NCBI GenBank assembly: GCA_048571215.1
Contig: CP182352.1
Coordinates: 3,328,001-3,392,000, forward strand
Direction: 5' to 3'
DNA from: Halarcobacter sp.
GTDB lineage: Bacteria; Campylobacterota; Campylobacteria; Campylobacterales; Arcobacteraceae
Length of the DNA: 64,000 nucleotides
Shown here: one piece after another, positions 1 through 10,270 of the stretch
How the letters are laid out: each line of letters starts with the position of its first letter
How positions within the stretch are numbered: the stretch's first letter is position 1
The notes under the pieces: model-generated
What the model saw: only the letters and a program-made list of their open reading frames with translations
Databases searched by the model: none
Told to the model about the DNA's origin: nothing
Position numbers and translations under genes: made by a program

Positions 1-125
1 ATTTAAAATCTAGTTTCAAGGGGGAAAGCATAGTAAAAATTGAAAAAGTCGGTGAGTGGTGTATTGGATGCTATGTCATCGAACCAACACTATAAAATTA
101 ATTTAAAATAAATAAGGGGTAAAGC

Positions 126-1244
126 ATGAAAAAAATAGTAAAAGCGTTAGCATTAAGTGGAATGGTAGCTTGTACATTAGCTGCAAGTGATACGGTTAAG
201 ATTGGAGTTCAAGCACCAATTACAGGAAAGTATGCAAATGAGGGGCAAAGTATTAATAACTTTGTAAAACTAATTGTTGCAGAAAAAAATGAAAAAGGTG
301 GACTTTTAGGTAAAAAAATTGAAGTTGTAACTTGTGATGATGAAGCAAAAGCTCAAAAAGCTGCTGTTTGTGCTAAGAAATTAGTAAACGCAGGTGTCTT
401 TGCTGTAATTGGTTCTTATACTTCTGGTGCAACTGAAGCTGCTCAAACAACATATTATAGAAATAAAGTTTTACAAACAAGTGATGGTACAAGTGATTCA
501 TTAATCTCTAAAAAATATTGGACATTCTTTAGAAACTCATTTCCAAACTCTGCACAAAGTGATTTTACAGCAGATTATTTTGTAAATACAAAAAAATATA
601 AAAGAATAGTTATTTTATCTGATTACTCTTCATATTCAGATGGACTAGGTAATGCAACAGAAGAATCAATCAAAAAAATTGGTGGTAATGTAATTTTCAG
701 AGGAAAAATCAAATCTGGAACTCAAAACTTTACAGCAGTACTTACTAAAATAAAATCAATGAACCCAGATGTTATTTATTATTCTGGATACTATACTGAT
801 GGTGGACTATTAAGAGCTCAACAAATTCAATTAGGTATTGATGCAGATTTTGTTGGTGGGGATTCAAATGATAACCCAGATTTTTATAAACTTGCAGGAA
901 AAGCTTCAGCTGGTACAGTTATTATTAACTTCCCAACACCTGAATTATTACCTTATCCAAAAGCAAAAAAATATTTAGCTGCTTATCATAAAGAGTTTAA
1001 ATCAAATCCTCCATCAATCTGGCCTGTTACAAATGCAGATGGTTTATTAGCAGTAATCGAAGGTGTTGAAAAAACAAACTCTTTTGATACTAAAAAAATC
1101 TCTGATTATATTAGAGATGATATGAAAGATTTCCCTGGTATTACAGGACCTTTTAATATTAGAGAAGATGGAGAAAGAGTTGGAGCTAAGTTTGTTGTAT
1201 ATAAACTTAACAACAATGGTACAAAAGACGTAGTTACTCAATAA
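126..1244 (+). CDS. Branched-chain amino acid (LIV-type) ABC transporter substrate-binding protein
   Basis: Signal peptide; KIGVQAPITG and VIGSYTSGAT motifs of the LivJ/LivK family; first gene of a complete LIV-type operon. Confidence 0.9.
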   Translation: MKKIVKALALSGMVACTLAASDTVKIGVQAPITGKYANEGQSINNFVKLIVAEKNEKGGLLGKKIEVVTCDDEAKAQKAAVCAKKLVNAGVFAVIGSYTSGATEAAQTTYYRNKVLQTSDGTSDSLISKKYWTFFRNSFPNSAQSDFTADYFVNTKKYKRIVILSDYSSYSDGLGNATEESIKKIGGNVIFRGKIKSGTQNFTAVLTKIKSMNPDVIYYSGYYTDGGLLRAQQIQLGIDADFVGGDSNDNPDFYKLAGKASAGTVIINFPTPELLPYPKAKKYLAAYHKEFKSNPPSIWPVTNADGLLAVIEGVEKTNSFDTKKISDYIRDDMKDFPGITGPFNIREDGERVGAKFVVYKLNNNGTKDVVTQ

Positions 1245-1257
1245 GTAAAGAGGCAAT

Positions 1258-2160
1258 ATGGATATTTTTCTTCAACAATTAATAAATGGTTTAACTGTTG
1301 GAAGTCTATATGCATTAGTTGCTTTAGGTTATACAATGGTCTATGGGGTTATGAAGTTAATTAACTTCGCCCATGGAGACCTTGTAGCCTTCTCAGCTTA
1401 TGTAGGACTTACAATTTTTACTCAATTTTTCGGATCAGGAGCAACCTCAATAGTAAGTATTGTAATAGTATTTACATTAACTGCAATTATTGTTGCTATA
1501 GTTGGTGTCCTTCTTGAGCGCCTAGCTTACAGACCTTTAAGAACGGCACCAAGACTAAGTGCGGTTGTTTCTGCATTAGGTGCATCGTTGGTGATTCAAA
1601 ATGGAATCATGTTGATTTGGGGACCTAATATGAAAATTTTCCCAGCAGATATATTTCCAAATACATCATGGACATTTGGAACAGTTGTTATTTCATTTAC
1701 ACAAATGGTAATTTTACTTTTATCAGCAGTTGTAATGATAGCTCTTTATTTCTTTATCAATAAAACAAAAATTGGTACTGCAATTAGAGCTACAGCAATT
1801 GATCAAGATGCTGCAAAATTGATGGGTATAAATGTTAATAGAATTATTATGACTATTTTTATTATAGGTTCTATGTTAGGGGCAATTGGTGGTTTGTTTA
1901 TTGGTATTTACTATAGAGGATTAACTTTTGATATGGGTTGGCTTTATGGTTTAAGTGCTTTTATTGCAGCAATTATTGGTGGAATTGGTTCAATTCCTGG
2001 AGCTATGCTTGGTGGACTTTTACTTGGATTATTTAATGCAATGATTGCAGGATATATTTCAACAGAGTGGGCAGAAGCATTTACCTATATTCTATTGATT
2101 ATAATTTTAATTGTAAGACCAACAGGAATACTTGGTGAAAAAACAGCGGAGAAAGTATAA
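1258..2160 (+). CDS. livH: LIV-type ABC transporter permease
   Basis: GSLYALVALGYTMVYG..LINFAHG motif; multi-TM. Confidence 0.92.
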   Translation: MDIFLQQLINGLTVGSLYALVALGYTMVYGVMKLINFAHGDLVAFSAYVGLTIFTQFFGSGATSIVSIVIVFTLTAIIVAIVGVLLERLAYRPLRTAPRLSAVVSALGASLVIQNGIMLIWGPNMKIFPADIFPNTSWTFGTVVISFTQMVILLLSAVVMIALYFFINKTKIGTAIRATAIDQDAAKLMGINVNRIIMTIFIIGSMLGAIGGLFIGIYYRGLTFDMGWLYGLSAFIAAIIGGIGSIPGAMLGGLLLGLFNAMIAGYISTEWAEAFTYILLIIILIVRPTGILGEKTAEKV

Positions 2161-3122
2161 TGAATAATAAAAATATTATATTAGCCTTTGTGGTAGTAAT
2201 GGCAATTTTCCCGTTTGTTGTTGATTCGGCTTGGTTAAGTATTGGAATTACATTTTTAGTATTTTCAGCGGTTGCATTTTCCCAAGATATTATTTTAGGA
2301 CGTGCAGGTATTTTTAATATGGGACATGCAATATTTTTTGGAATGGGAGCATATACAACGGCAATTTTAAATATCCATTTTGGATTTGAGATTATTGCTA
2401 CTGTACCATTTGCTATTGTTATTCCAGCTATTTTTGCAGTCTTGTTAGCAGGACCTATTATCCACTTAAGAGGGGATTATTTATTAGTTGCCACAATTGG
2501 ATTTAATATTATCTTTGAACAGGTATTAAAAAATGATGTATTTGGTTTAACTGGTGGTCCAAATGGTATTTTTGGAATTGATGTGGTAAGAATTTTTGGT
2601 TATGAGTTATTCTCTGATATGGCAATATATTATATTGCCTTTGGATTACTTCTAATCACTTTATTAATCATTAGAAATTTAGATACCTCTGCCTTTGGTA
2701 GAGCATTATATTATATAAATAAAGATGAAATTGCAGCAAAATCTATGGGTATAAATATCTCATATTATAAACTTTTTGCTTTTGCATTAGGTGCTGCTAT
2801 TGCAGGTGCTGCTGGTTCTGTTTTTGCAATTCAATATTCAGCTGTATCTCCTGAGTCATTTAACTTTATGCAGTCAGTTATGTTCTTTGCAATTGTACTT
2901 GTTGGTGGCTCTGCTTCACTTCCTGGGGTTATTATAGGTACCTTTGTAATGTTTGTATTACCTGAACTTTTCACAGAGTTTAAAGAATCAAGATATCTAA
3001 TATTTGGTGCAGCTATGATTTTAACCATGATTTTAAGACCAAATGGAATATTACCAGCTAAGTTTGGGATTGTTCCAAAGTTTATTAAAAAACTAGCAGC
3101 TAAAAAAGGGGAAGCAAAATGA
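2160..3122 (+). CDS. livM: LIV-type ABC transporter permease
   Basis: LRGDYLLVATIGF and LTGGPNGI motifs; TAATG coupling to livH. Confidence 0.9.
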   Translation: MNNKNIILAFVVVMAIFPFVVDSAWLSIGITFLVFSAVAFSQDIILGRAGIFNMGHAIFFGMGAYTTAILNIHFGFEIIATVPFAIVIPAIFAVLLAGPIIHLRGDYLLVATIGFNIIFEQVLKNDVFGLTGGPNGIFGIDVVRIFGYELFSDMAIYYIAFGLLLITLLIIRNLDTSAFGRALYYINKDEIAAKSMGINISYYKLFAFALGAAIAGAAGSVFAIQYSAVSPESFNFMQSVMFFAIVLVGGSASLPGVIIGTFVMFVLPELFTEFKESRYLIFGAAMILTMILRPNGILPAKFGIVPKFIKKLAAKKGEAK

Positions 3123-3898
3123 AATATGTACTTGAAATAGAAAGTGTTTCTAAGTTTTTCCATGGTTTAGTTGCAATAGATGATTTAACTATCAAAGTTA
3201 AGCCAGGTCAAATTTATGGGATTATTGGTCCAAATGGGGCAGGTAAAACTACACTATTTAACTGTGTAACTGGTATTTATAATCCTGAAAAAGGAACTAT
3301 TAAATATAAAGGTGAAGATATAACAGGTATGCAGCCTCATAAGATTGCCCAAAGGGGAGTTTTAAGAACATTCCAAAATATTAGACTTTTTAAAGAGATG
3401 AGTGTTGCTGAAAATATTATGGCAGGTTGTCACACAAAGTCAAATCAAAAGTGGTACCATGCGATAGTTCACACACCAGCTTATAGAAAAGATGAAATGA
3501 AACATTGGAAAAAAGTTGAAGAACTTATGGAGTTTTTTAATTTGACCAAGTTTGCTATGATTCCCACAGGTGACTTATCTTATGGGGTTCAAAGAAAAGT
3601 TGAGATGGCAAGAGCACTTGCAGCTGAACCTGAACTTCTAATCTTAGATGAACCAGCAGCTGGGCTTAATGAAAATGAGACTATTGAATTAACTGGTATT
3701 ATCCAAAGAATTAAAGAGATGGGTCTTGGGATTATGATGATTGAGCATGATATGGATATGGTAATGAATCTTACTGATTATATTACTGTTATTAACTTTG
3801 GGAAAGAGATTTCTCAAGGTGAACCAAGTTTTGTTCAAAATGATCCAAATGTTATAGAAGCATATATTGGTTCAGATGATGATGAGGAGGATGCGTAA
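3119..3898 (+). CDS. livG: LIV-type ABC transporter ATP-binding protein
   Basis: Walker A GPNGAGKTT, RTFQNIRLF, LLILDEPAAG, IEHDM. Confidence 0.92.
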   Translation: MKYVLEIESVSKFFHGLVAIDDLTIKVKPGQIYGIIGPNGAGKTTLFNCVTGIYNPEKGTIKYKGEDITGMQPHKIAQRGVLRTFQNIRLFKEMSVAENIMAGCHTKSNQKWYHAIVHTPAYRKDEMKHWKKVEELMEFFNLTKFAMIPTGDLSYGVQRKVEMARALAAEPELLILDEPAAGLNENETIELTGIIQRIKEMGLGIMMIEHDMDMVMNLTDYITVINFGKEISQGEPSFVQNDPNVIEAYIGSDDDEEDA

Positions 3899-4620
3899 TG
3901 GTTGATCATGAAATATTATTAGAGATAAAAGACCTCCATGTATCATATGGAGCAATTGCTGCTATAAAAGGGATTGATATTCAAGTTAAAAGGGGTGAAG
4001 TTGTTACAATTTTAGGAGCAAATGGTGCTGGTAAAACTACAACCTTAAGAACTATATCTGGATTATTACAATCAAAATCAGGAAGTATCATTTTTGATAA
4101 AAATGATATTACAAATACCCCAGCTCATGATATTGTATCTTTAGGAATGGCTCATTCTCCAGAAGGAAGAAGAGTTTTTGGAACTTTGAGCGTTGAAGAA
4201 AATCTTATGATGGGGGCATATACATTAAAAGATCATGATAAGGAGACATTAGACTGGATTTATGACATCTTACCAAGGTTAAAAGAAAGAAGAAAACAAC
4301 TTGCTGGTACTTTAAGTGGTGGCGAGCAACAAATGCTTGCCATAGGTAGAGCAATTATGTCAAAACCAAAACTTTTGATTTTGGATGAGCCAAGTCTTGG
4401 ATTAGCACCAATTTTGATTAAAGCAATTTTCAAAGCGGTTAAAGAGATATCTTTAAGTGGTGTTACTGTGTTGTTAGTTGAACAAAATGCAAAGGCAGCT
4501 TTAAAACTAGCTGATAGAGCATATGTTTTAGAAGTTGGGAAAGTTACCCATCAAGGTACTTCTGAAGAGTTGTTAAATTCAAAAACAATTCAAGAAGCAT
4601 ATTTAGGAAAAAAACACTGA
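3898..4620 (+). CDS. livF: LIV-type ABC transporter ATP-binding protein
   Basis: GANGAGKTT, PEGRRVF, LSGGEQQMLA, LDEPSLGLAP, LVEQN. Confidence 0.92.
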   Translation: MVDHEILLEIKDLHVSYGAIAAIKGIDIQVKRGEVVTILGANGAGKTTTLRTISGLLQSKSGSIIFDKNDITNTPAHDIVSLGMAHSPEGRRVFGTLSVEENLMMGAYTLKDHDKETLDWIYDILPRLKERRKQLAGTLSGGEQQMLAIGRAIMSKPKLLILDEPSLGLAPILIKAIFKAVKEISLSGVTVLLVEQNAKAALKLADRAYVLEVGKVTHQGTSEELLNSKTIQEAYLGKKH

Positions 4621-4786
4621 TATGAGACATAAGCGTAGATTACAATCAAAGGTACAAGATTTACATAAAGGCCAGGAAATCCTTAAATAAAGTAGCAAGA
4701 TAACTTAGTATTTGAGCACATTTAAAATGTGCTCTTACGCTACTTAAAATTAATTTAAAAGAACAATAAATTTTTAAGGACAATAC

Positions 4787-7700
4787 ATGAAAAATGAAAC
4801 AAAAATTATAGATTCAGCTATTGAATTAGCTGAAAAATGGCAAAATAGAGCAACACAACTGGTTAGTGACTTTGATAGAGAATTCTATGTAAAAATGAAC
4901 AAAATGCTTGATCATCCAAAAGATAAAGCACTTTTAATTGAGTTGATGGATCAGTGTTTTAGATGTAAATCAAATGATAGAGTAGCCAACCAAATTATTT
5001 TCTTACTTGAAAAACATGGTATGGCACATTTCTTTACTACAAAAGATAAAACACTTCTATGGTTATTCCAAAACTTTGGTAAATTTTTACCAAATCTTTC
5101 TGTTCCTATGTTTGTAAATCAAATAAGAGAAGATACAAAAACAGTTGTTATTAAAGGAGAAGATGAGCCTTTTAATAAACACTTAGTGATGAGAAAAAAA
5201 GAGGGTACTAGAGTTAATATTAACCTTATTGGTGAAGTTGTTCTTGGAGAAGAAGAAGCAAATGAACGAATTGAAAAATATTTAAAAGCTTTATCTAACC
5301 CAAATATTGATTATATCTCTATCAAAATATCAACTATCTATTCTCAAATAAATCCTTTGAATTTTGAGCATACAGTTCAAGTACTTGTTGAAAAACTAAC
5401 TAAAATTTATGAGCAAGCGATGAAATATCCTTATATCGCACCAGATGGAACAAAATCAAATAAATTTATTAATCTGGATATGGAAGAGTATAGAGACTTA
5501 GCTATTACTGTTGAGGTATTTAAAAGAACATTAGATAAACCACAGTTTAAAGATTTCTATGCTGGTATTGTATTACAAGCATATATTCCAGATTCATTTT
5601 TAGTACAAAAAGATTTATTAGCTTGGGCTAAAACAAGAGTTGAAAATGGTGGTTCTCCTATTAAGTTTAGACTTGTAAAAGGTGCTAATATGGAGATGGA
5701 AGAGACTGAAGCTAGTCAAAAACATTGGGAGATGGTTACTTACACTGATAAAAGTGATACAGACTCAAACTATAAAAGAATGGCAAGATTTGCTTTACAA
5801 TCAGAAAATGCTCCATTTATGCATATAGGAACTGCTTCTCATAACTTATTTGAATTAGCATTTGCTACAACTCTAGCAAAAGAGTATGATACAAGTAAAT
5901 ATCACACTTTAGAGATGTTAGAGGGGATGAGTGAAGCTGCAAGACTTGCTATTAATGAGATATCAAAATCTGTAATTTTATATGCACCAACGGCAGCAAA
6001 AGAACAATTTACAAATGCTATTGCATACTTAGTGAGAAGACTTGATGAAAATACAGGTCCAGATAACTTTATTAGATACTCTTTTGGTTTGACTGTTGGT
6101 TCAAAAGATTGGATAATGCAAAAAGAGCTATTTTTAAAATCTTTTGAAAATGAAAAAACATCTTTTGTTGGTTCTAAAAGAACACAAAATAGATTTGAAG
6201 AGAAATGGGAAGATTTTTCTAATTCATCTTATGATACAAAACAATACCATGCAGAAGCTGATACGGATTTTATTCTTCCTCAAAATCACGAATGGGCAAA
6301 AAGTATTGTAAAAAAATGGAAATTTACTAAAGATACTGAACATAAAACCACTCCAATAGTTGTTGGTGGAGAAGATTTAATTGAAGGTAGAAAAGTTATT
6401 GAAGCAATTGATAAATCACAATTAAAAGATGGGGTACTAGCAGGTAAGTTTGCAAATGCAAGTGCTAAAGATTTACAAAAAGCAGTAGAAGTGGCTCGTG
6501 CTGATGTTGATGGATGGAGAGATTTATCCCATGAACAAAGACATGAAATTTTAAAACAAGTGTCTATAAAAGTTCGAGAAAGAAGAGCAGACTTAATAGG
6601 AGTTGCAGCAGCAGAAGTAGGTAAAGTTTTTACAGAAACTGATGTAGAAGTTTCTGAAGCAGTTGATTTCTTAGAGTTTTATCCATATAGTGCACACTAT
6701 TTTGAAAAATATCAAAACTTAGAGTTTAGTGGAAAAGGTGTTGGTGTTGTAGTTCCACCTTGGAATTTCCCTGTTGCTATCCCATTGGGTGGTGTTGCTG
6801 CTTCATTAGCTGCTGGAAATACAGTAATAATCAAACCAGCATCAGCTGCAGCTTTAACAGCTTATGAGATGTGTAAATGTTTCTGGGATGGAGGTATTTC
6901 TAAAAATGTATTACAATTTGTTCCTTGTCCAGGAGCCCTTGCAGGTGAACATTTAATTGCAAATAAAGATGTTGATTTTGTGATTTTAACAGGTGGTGAA
7001 GATACAGCTGCAACTATGTTAAAAACAAGACCAGATCTATTATTAACAGCAGAAACTGGTGGAAAAGATGCAACTATTGTAACTAATATGGCAGATAGAG
7101 AACAAGCAATTAAAAATGTGTGTTTAAGTGCATTTAATAATTCTGGTCAAAAATGTTCTGCAACTTCACTTTTAGTTTTAGAAGAGGAAGTTTATAATGA
7201 TGAGTCATTTAAAAAAGCTTTAGTTGATACAGCTCGTTCTATGAGTGTTGGTTCTGTTTGGGATTTTAAAAATAAAATAGGTACCTTAGCAAACCCAGTA
7301 TCTGGAAACTTGAAAAAAGCTCTTGAAAGCTTAGAAAAAAATGAGAAGTGGTTACTAAAACCTGAGTATGCTGATGATAATGAATATATGTTAAAACCAG
7401 CAATTAAATGGGATGTAGATGAGGGTAACTTTATCCACAAAAATGAGCTTTTTGGTCCAGTACTTGCTGTAATGAAAGCAAAAAATTTAAAACATGCGGT
7501 TGATATTGTAAATTCAACTGGTTATGGGTTAACTTCTGGAATAGAATCATTAGATGAAAGAGAAGTTACATATTGGAAAGAAAACTTAAAAGCTGGTAAC
7601 CTTTATGTAAACAGAGGAACTACTGGGGCGATTGTTATTAGACAACCATTTGGTGGAATGGGAAAATCAGCAATTGGTGCAGGTAGAAAAGTTGGTATAT

Positions 7701-8359
7701 TTAATTATATCACTCAATTTGTTGAGTTTAAAGAAAAAGAGGCTCCAACAGTTTCAAGAAAATATAATAATGCATTAGTTCAATTTATTAATAAATGTAA
7801 AACAACACAAACTAATAAAGCAGAGTTTGAAAAATTAGAAAGTGCATTACAATCATATCTTGAAAATTATGCAAATGAATTTTCACAAGAAAAAGATTAT
7901 GCAAAAGTTAGAGGTGAAGATAACCACTTTAGATATATCCCTTTAAAAAATGTATTAATTAGAGTATCAAAAGATGATTCGATTTTTGAAGCAGTTTCTA
8001 GAATCTTAGCAGCAAAAGTTGCAGGTGTTCATTTTAGAGTTTCTGTAGATGAAAATAATGAAATAAAAGCATTTTTAGAAAGTGCAAAAGGGGAACTATT
8101 TACTGCAAGAGATACTTTAGCTTATGAAGATGAAGCAGAGTTTATAAAAACAATAGCTTCTTATGAAAGGGTAATATATTCTGATATATCAAAAGTATCA
8201 CCAGAAGTATTTGCTGTAGCTGCTAAATCTTTAACATTTATAGTTAGACAAAAACCAATGATGGAAGGAAGACTTGAACTTCTAAACTACTTTATGGAAC
8301 AGTCTGTTTCTCACTCATTTCATAGATATGGGAATATTGGAGCAAGAGGTATTGAATAA
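4787..8359 (+). CDS. putA: Bifunctional proline dehydrogenase / glutamate-gamma-semialdehyde dehydrogenase
   Basis: PRODH motifs (NLDMEEY, RLVKGAN, YLVRRLDEN) plus ALDH motifs (PWNFP, ETGGKD, SGQKCSA, ELFGP, QPFGG). Confidence 0.95.
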   Translation: MKNETKIIDSAIELAEKWQNRATQLVSDFDREFYVKMNKMLDHPKDKALLIELMDQCFRCKSNDRVANQIIFLLEKHGMAHFFTTKDKTLLWLFQNFGKFLPNLSVPMFVNQIREDTKTVVIKGEDEPFNKHLVMRKKEGTRVNINLIGEVVLGEEEANERIEKYLKALSNPNIDYISIKISTIYSQINPLNFEHTVQVLVEKLTKIYEQAMKYPYIAPDGTKSNKFINLDMEEYRDLAITVEVFKRTLDKPQFKDFYAGIVLQAYIPDSFLVQKDLLAWAKTRVENGGSPIKFRLVKGANMEMEETEASQKHWEMVTYTDKSDTDSNYKRMARFALQSENAPFMHIGTASHNLFELAFATTLAKEYDTSKYHTLEMLEGMSEAARLAINEISKSVILYAPTAAKEQFTNAIAYLVRRLDENTGPDNFIRYSFGLTVGSKDWIMQKELFLKSFENEKTSFVGSKRTQNRFEEKWEDFSNSSYDTKQYHAEADTDFILPQNHEWAKSIVKKWKFTKDTEHKTTPIVVGGEDLIEGRKVIEAIDKSQLKDGVLAGKFANASAKDLQKAVEVARADVDGWRDLSHEQRHEILKQVSIKVRERRADLIGVAAAEVGKVFTETDVEVSEAVDFLEFYPYSAHYFEKYQNLEFSGKGVGVVVPPWNFPVAIPLGGVAASLAAGNTVIIKPASAAALTAYEMCKCFWDGGISKNVLQFVPCPGALAGEHLIANKDVDFVILTGGEDTAATMLKTRPDLLLTAETGGKDATIVTNMADREQAIKNVCLSAFNNSGQKCSATSLLVLEEEVYNDESFKKALVDTARSMSVGSVWDFKNKIGTLANPVSGNLKKALESLEKNEKWLLKPEYADDNEYMLKPAIKWDVDEGNFIHKNELFGPVLAVMKAKNLKHAVDIVNSTGYGLTSGIESLDEREVTYWKENLKAGNLYVNRGTTGAIVIRQPFGGMGKSAIGAGRKVGIFNYITQFVEFKEKEAPTVSRKYNNALVQFINKCKTTQTNKAEFEKLESALQSYLENYANEFSQEKDYAKVRGEDNHFRYIPLKNVLIRVSKDDSIFEAVSRILAAKVAGVHFRVSVDENNEIKAFLESAKGELFTARDTLAYEDEAEFIKTIASYERVIYSDISKVSPEVFAVAAKSLTFIVRQKPMMEGRLELLNYFMEQSVSHSFHRYGNIGARGIE

Positions 8360-8381
8360 GAAGGGATTCCTTCTTATTCAA
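8352..8381 (+). terminator. Stem-loop at the putA 3' end
   Basis: Perfect 13-bp inverted repeat TTGAATAAGAAGG-gatt-CCTTCTTATTCAA overlapping the stop codon; no long U tract. Confidence 0.55.
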
Positions 8382-8458
8382 ACTGTGTACTCTAATCAAC
8401 TATTAGTACCAACCCTTTTTGGTTAAATCGATAATCAATAATTTTATTAGGAAAAAAC

Positions 8459-10156
8459 ATGGAAATATGGATTATGATATTCATATGTTTATTTATTTTG
8501 ATATTTGCTTGGTATATCCATGACAAATATGTTCAAAGAAAACACCAGATATTGGTTAATTATCCAATAATTGGAAGATTAAGATTTGTGTTTCAAGAGT
8601 TTAGAGAGCCCTTTAGACAATATTTTGGTGATGAAAAGTTTTATGAATCTATGGATAAGCTGGATTGGGTTTATAGTGCTGCTAGGGACAAGGTAAACTT
8701 TTCTTCTTTTTCACCATCTCAACCACTTCCTAAACCAAAGTTTATGCTAAGACATACAAATATAGTACTTAATGAGAATGAGGTAGATAGTGATTTCTCT
8801 GTTGTTTTTGGAGAGAAAAGGGAAAAACCTTTTGTAAGTTCTTCAATAATAGGAAGAGGTCCTATGAGTGATGGTTCAATATCACCAGAAGGTACAAGAG
8901 CTTTTGTAGGTGGTTCTTTTTTAGGGAATTTCCCTATAAACTCAGGGGAGGGTGGTTTAACATCAAACTTTTTTGTTACCCATAATAATTATGATTCAAA
9001 ATATATAACAGAAGTTAGAGGAAACAATTTTGAACATAAGATTTTTAAATTAGCAAAAATATTTTTTAATGTACCCGTAGCAATTGACTTTTATAGAAAG
9101 ATGGTATTTAGAAAAGATCTTTTAGCAGATACTTATGTATTTAACAAAGAAAAAGAGTGTTTTTATAGACCTAATTGGGAAGCTCCACTTGAAAACTTCC
9201 CAGAAGATGTTCCCTCAGATATGCCAGACATCATCTTACAAATTAGTTCGGGCTTGTATGGAGTTAGAACAAAAGAGGGTGAGTTTGATATTGAGCGTTA
9301 CAAAAAACAGATGAGTTTTTGTCGTATGACAGAGATAAAAATAGCACAGGGTGCAAAACAAACTGGTGGAAAGCTCATAGCTGCAAAGGTAACACCTACA
9401 ATTGCATATTATAGAAATATTGAAGCACATAAAGATGCCTTTTCCCCAAATAGATTCCCTTATGCTAATACAAATGAGGAACTATTTGATTTTATTGGAG
9501 AGTTGCAAAAAGCTTCTAAGAAACCAGTAGGGATAAAGATTGTAATTTCAGATTATGATAATATTGTTCCCATTGCAAAAGAGATTAAAAGAAGAGTTGA
9601 ACTAAATCTTCCCTATCCAGATTATATCTCTATAGATGGTGGTAGTGGTGGAAGTGCAACAGCACCACTTGATATGATGGAAAGAATTGGTATGGATATT
9701 AGAGATGCTTTATATTTAGTTGACAAGGTGCTTAAAGATTATGGGGTTAGGGAACATGTAAAATTAAGTGCAAGTGGGAAAATCCTTACACCTGATGATA
9801 TTGTGATAATTCTTTGTTTGGGTGCAGATTTTGTACAAATAGCTAGAGGATTTATGATGAGTGCTGGATGTATTAGAGCAAGGTATTGTTCAGGGGCAAC
9901 AAAACATCAATGTCCAGTAGGACTTGCAACCCAAGATATCAAAAAAAGGAAACATTATTTTGTTAAAAAACATTCTGAGTATGTTAAAAACTATCATAAT
10001 AATGTTTTAAAAAGTATGAAGAGTTTATTAGCAGTTATGGGACTAAAAAATGTTAAAGATTTAAGTAAAGAAAAATTGATTTTCTTAGATAAAGATTCGA
10101 TTATACATGATGATATGGACTCTTTATTTGAAAGAAGAATCTTACTAAAAAAATAG
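8459..10156 (+). CDS. FMN-binding glutamate synthase family protein
   Basis: N-terminal TM; NSGEGG, EIKIAQGAK, KPVGIK, IDGGSGGS, CIRARYC..CPVGLATQ. Confidence 0.88.
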   Translation: MEIWIMIFICLFILIFAWYIHDKYVQRKHQILVNYPIIGRLRFVFQEFREPFRQYFGDEKFYESMDKLDWVYSAARDKVNFSSFSPSQPLPKPKFMLRHTNIVLNENEVDSDFSVVFGEKREKPFVSSSIIGRGPMSDGSISPEGTRAFVGGSFLGNFPINSGEGGLTSNFFVTHNNYDSKYITEVRGNNFEHKIFKLAKIFFNVPVAIDFYRKMVFRKDLLADTYVFNKEKECFYRPNWEAPLENFPEDVPSDMPDIILQISSGLYGVRTKEGEFDIERYKKQMSFCRMTEIKIAQGAKQTGGKLIAAKVTPTIAYYRNIEAHKDAFSPNRFPYANTNEELFDFIGELQKASKKPVGIKIVISDYDNIVPIAKEIKRRVELNLPYPDYISIDGGSGGSATAPLDMMERIGMDIRDALYLVDKVLKDYGVREHVKLSASGKILTPDDIVIILCLGADFVQIARGFMMSAGCIRARYCSGATKHQCPVGLATQDIKKRKHYFVKKHSEYVKNYHNNVLKSMKSLLAVMGLKNVKDLSKEKLIFLDKDSIIHDDMDSLFERRILLKK

Positions 10157-10176
10157 ATACAATTTTGTATCTATTT
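10151..10176 (+). terminator. Probable terminator hairpin
   Basis: Inverted repeat AAATAGATACA-attt-TGTATCTATTT over the stop codon. Confidence 0.5.
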
Positions 10177-10270
10177 AAAAATAGTATGGTTTAACTTTAC
10201 TTATAAACTTTTATAGTTATTATTCTGAAATAATTATAAGATAGATAAATTAAGTGATAAAAGGTAAAAA

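Noticed and set aside
1..125. Riboswitch upstream of the LIV operon
   Set aside because: Slightly GC-richer with weak pairing, but no recognisable riboswitch consensus, and the region is cut by the window edge
4690..4745. Structured ncRNA between livF and putA (GAGCACATTT-A-AAATGTGCTC inside AAGTAGC/GCTACTT arms)
   Set aside because: The palindrome is real, but it is single-copy and cannot be told apart from a terminator, stabilising hairpin or operator
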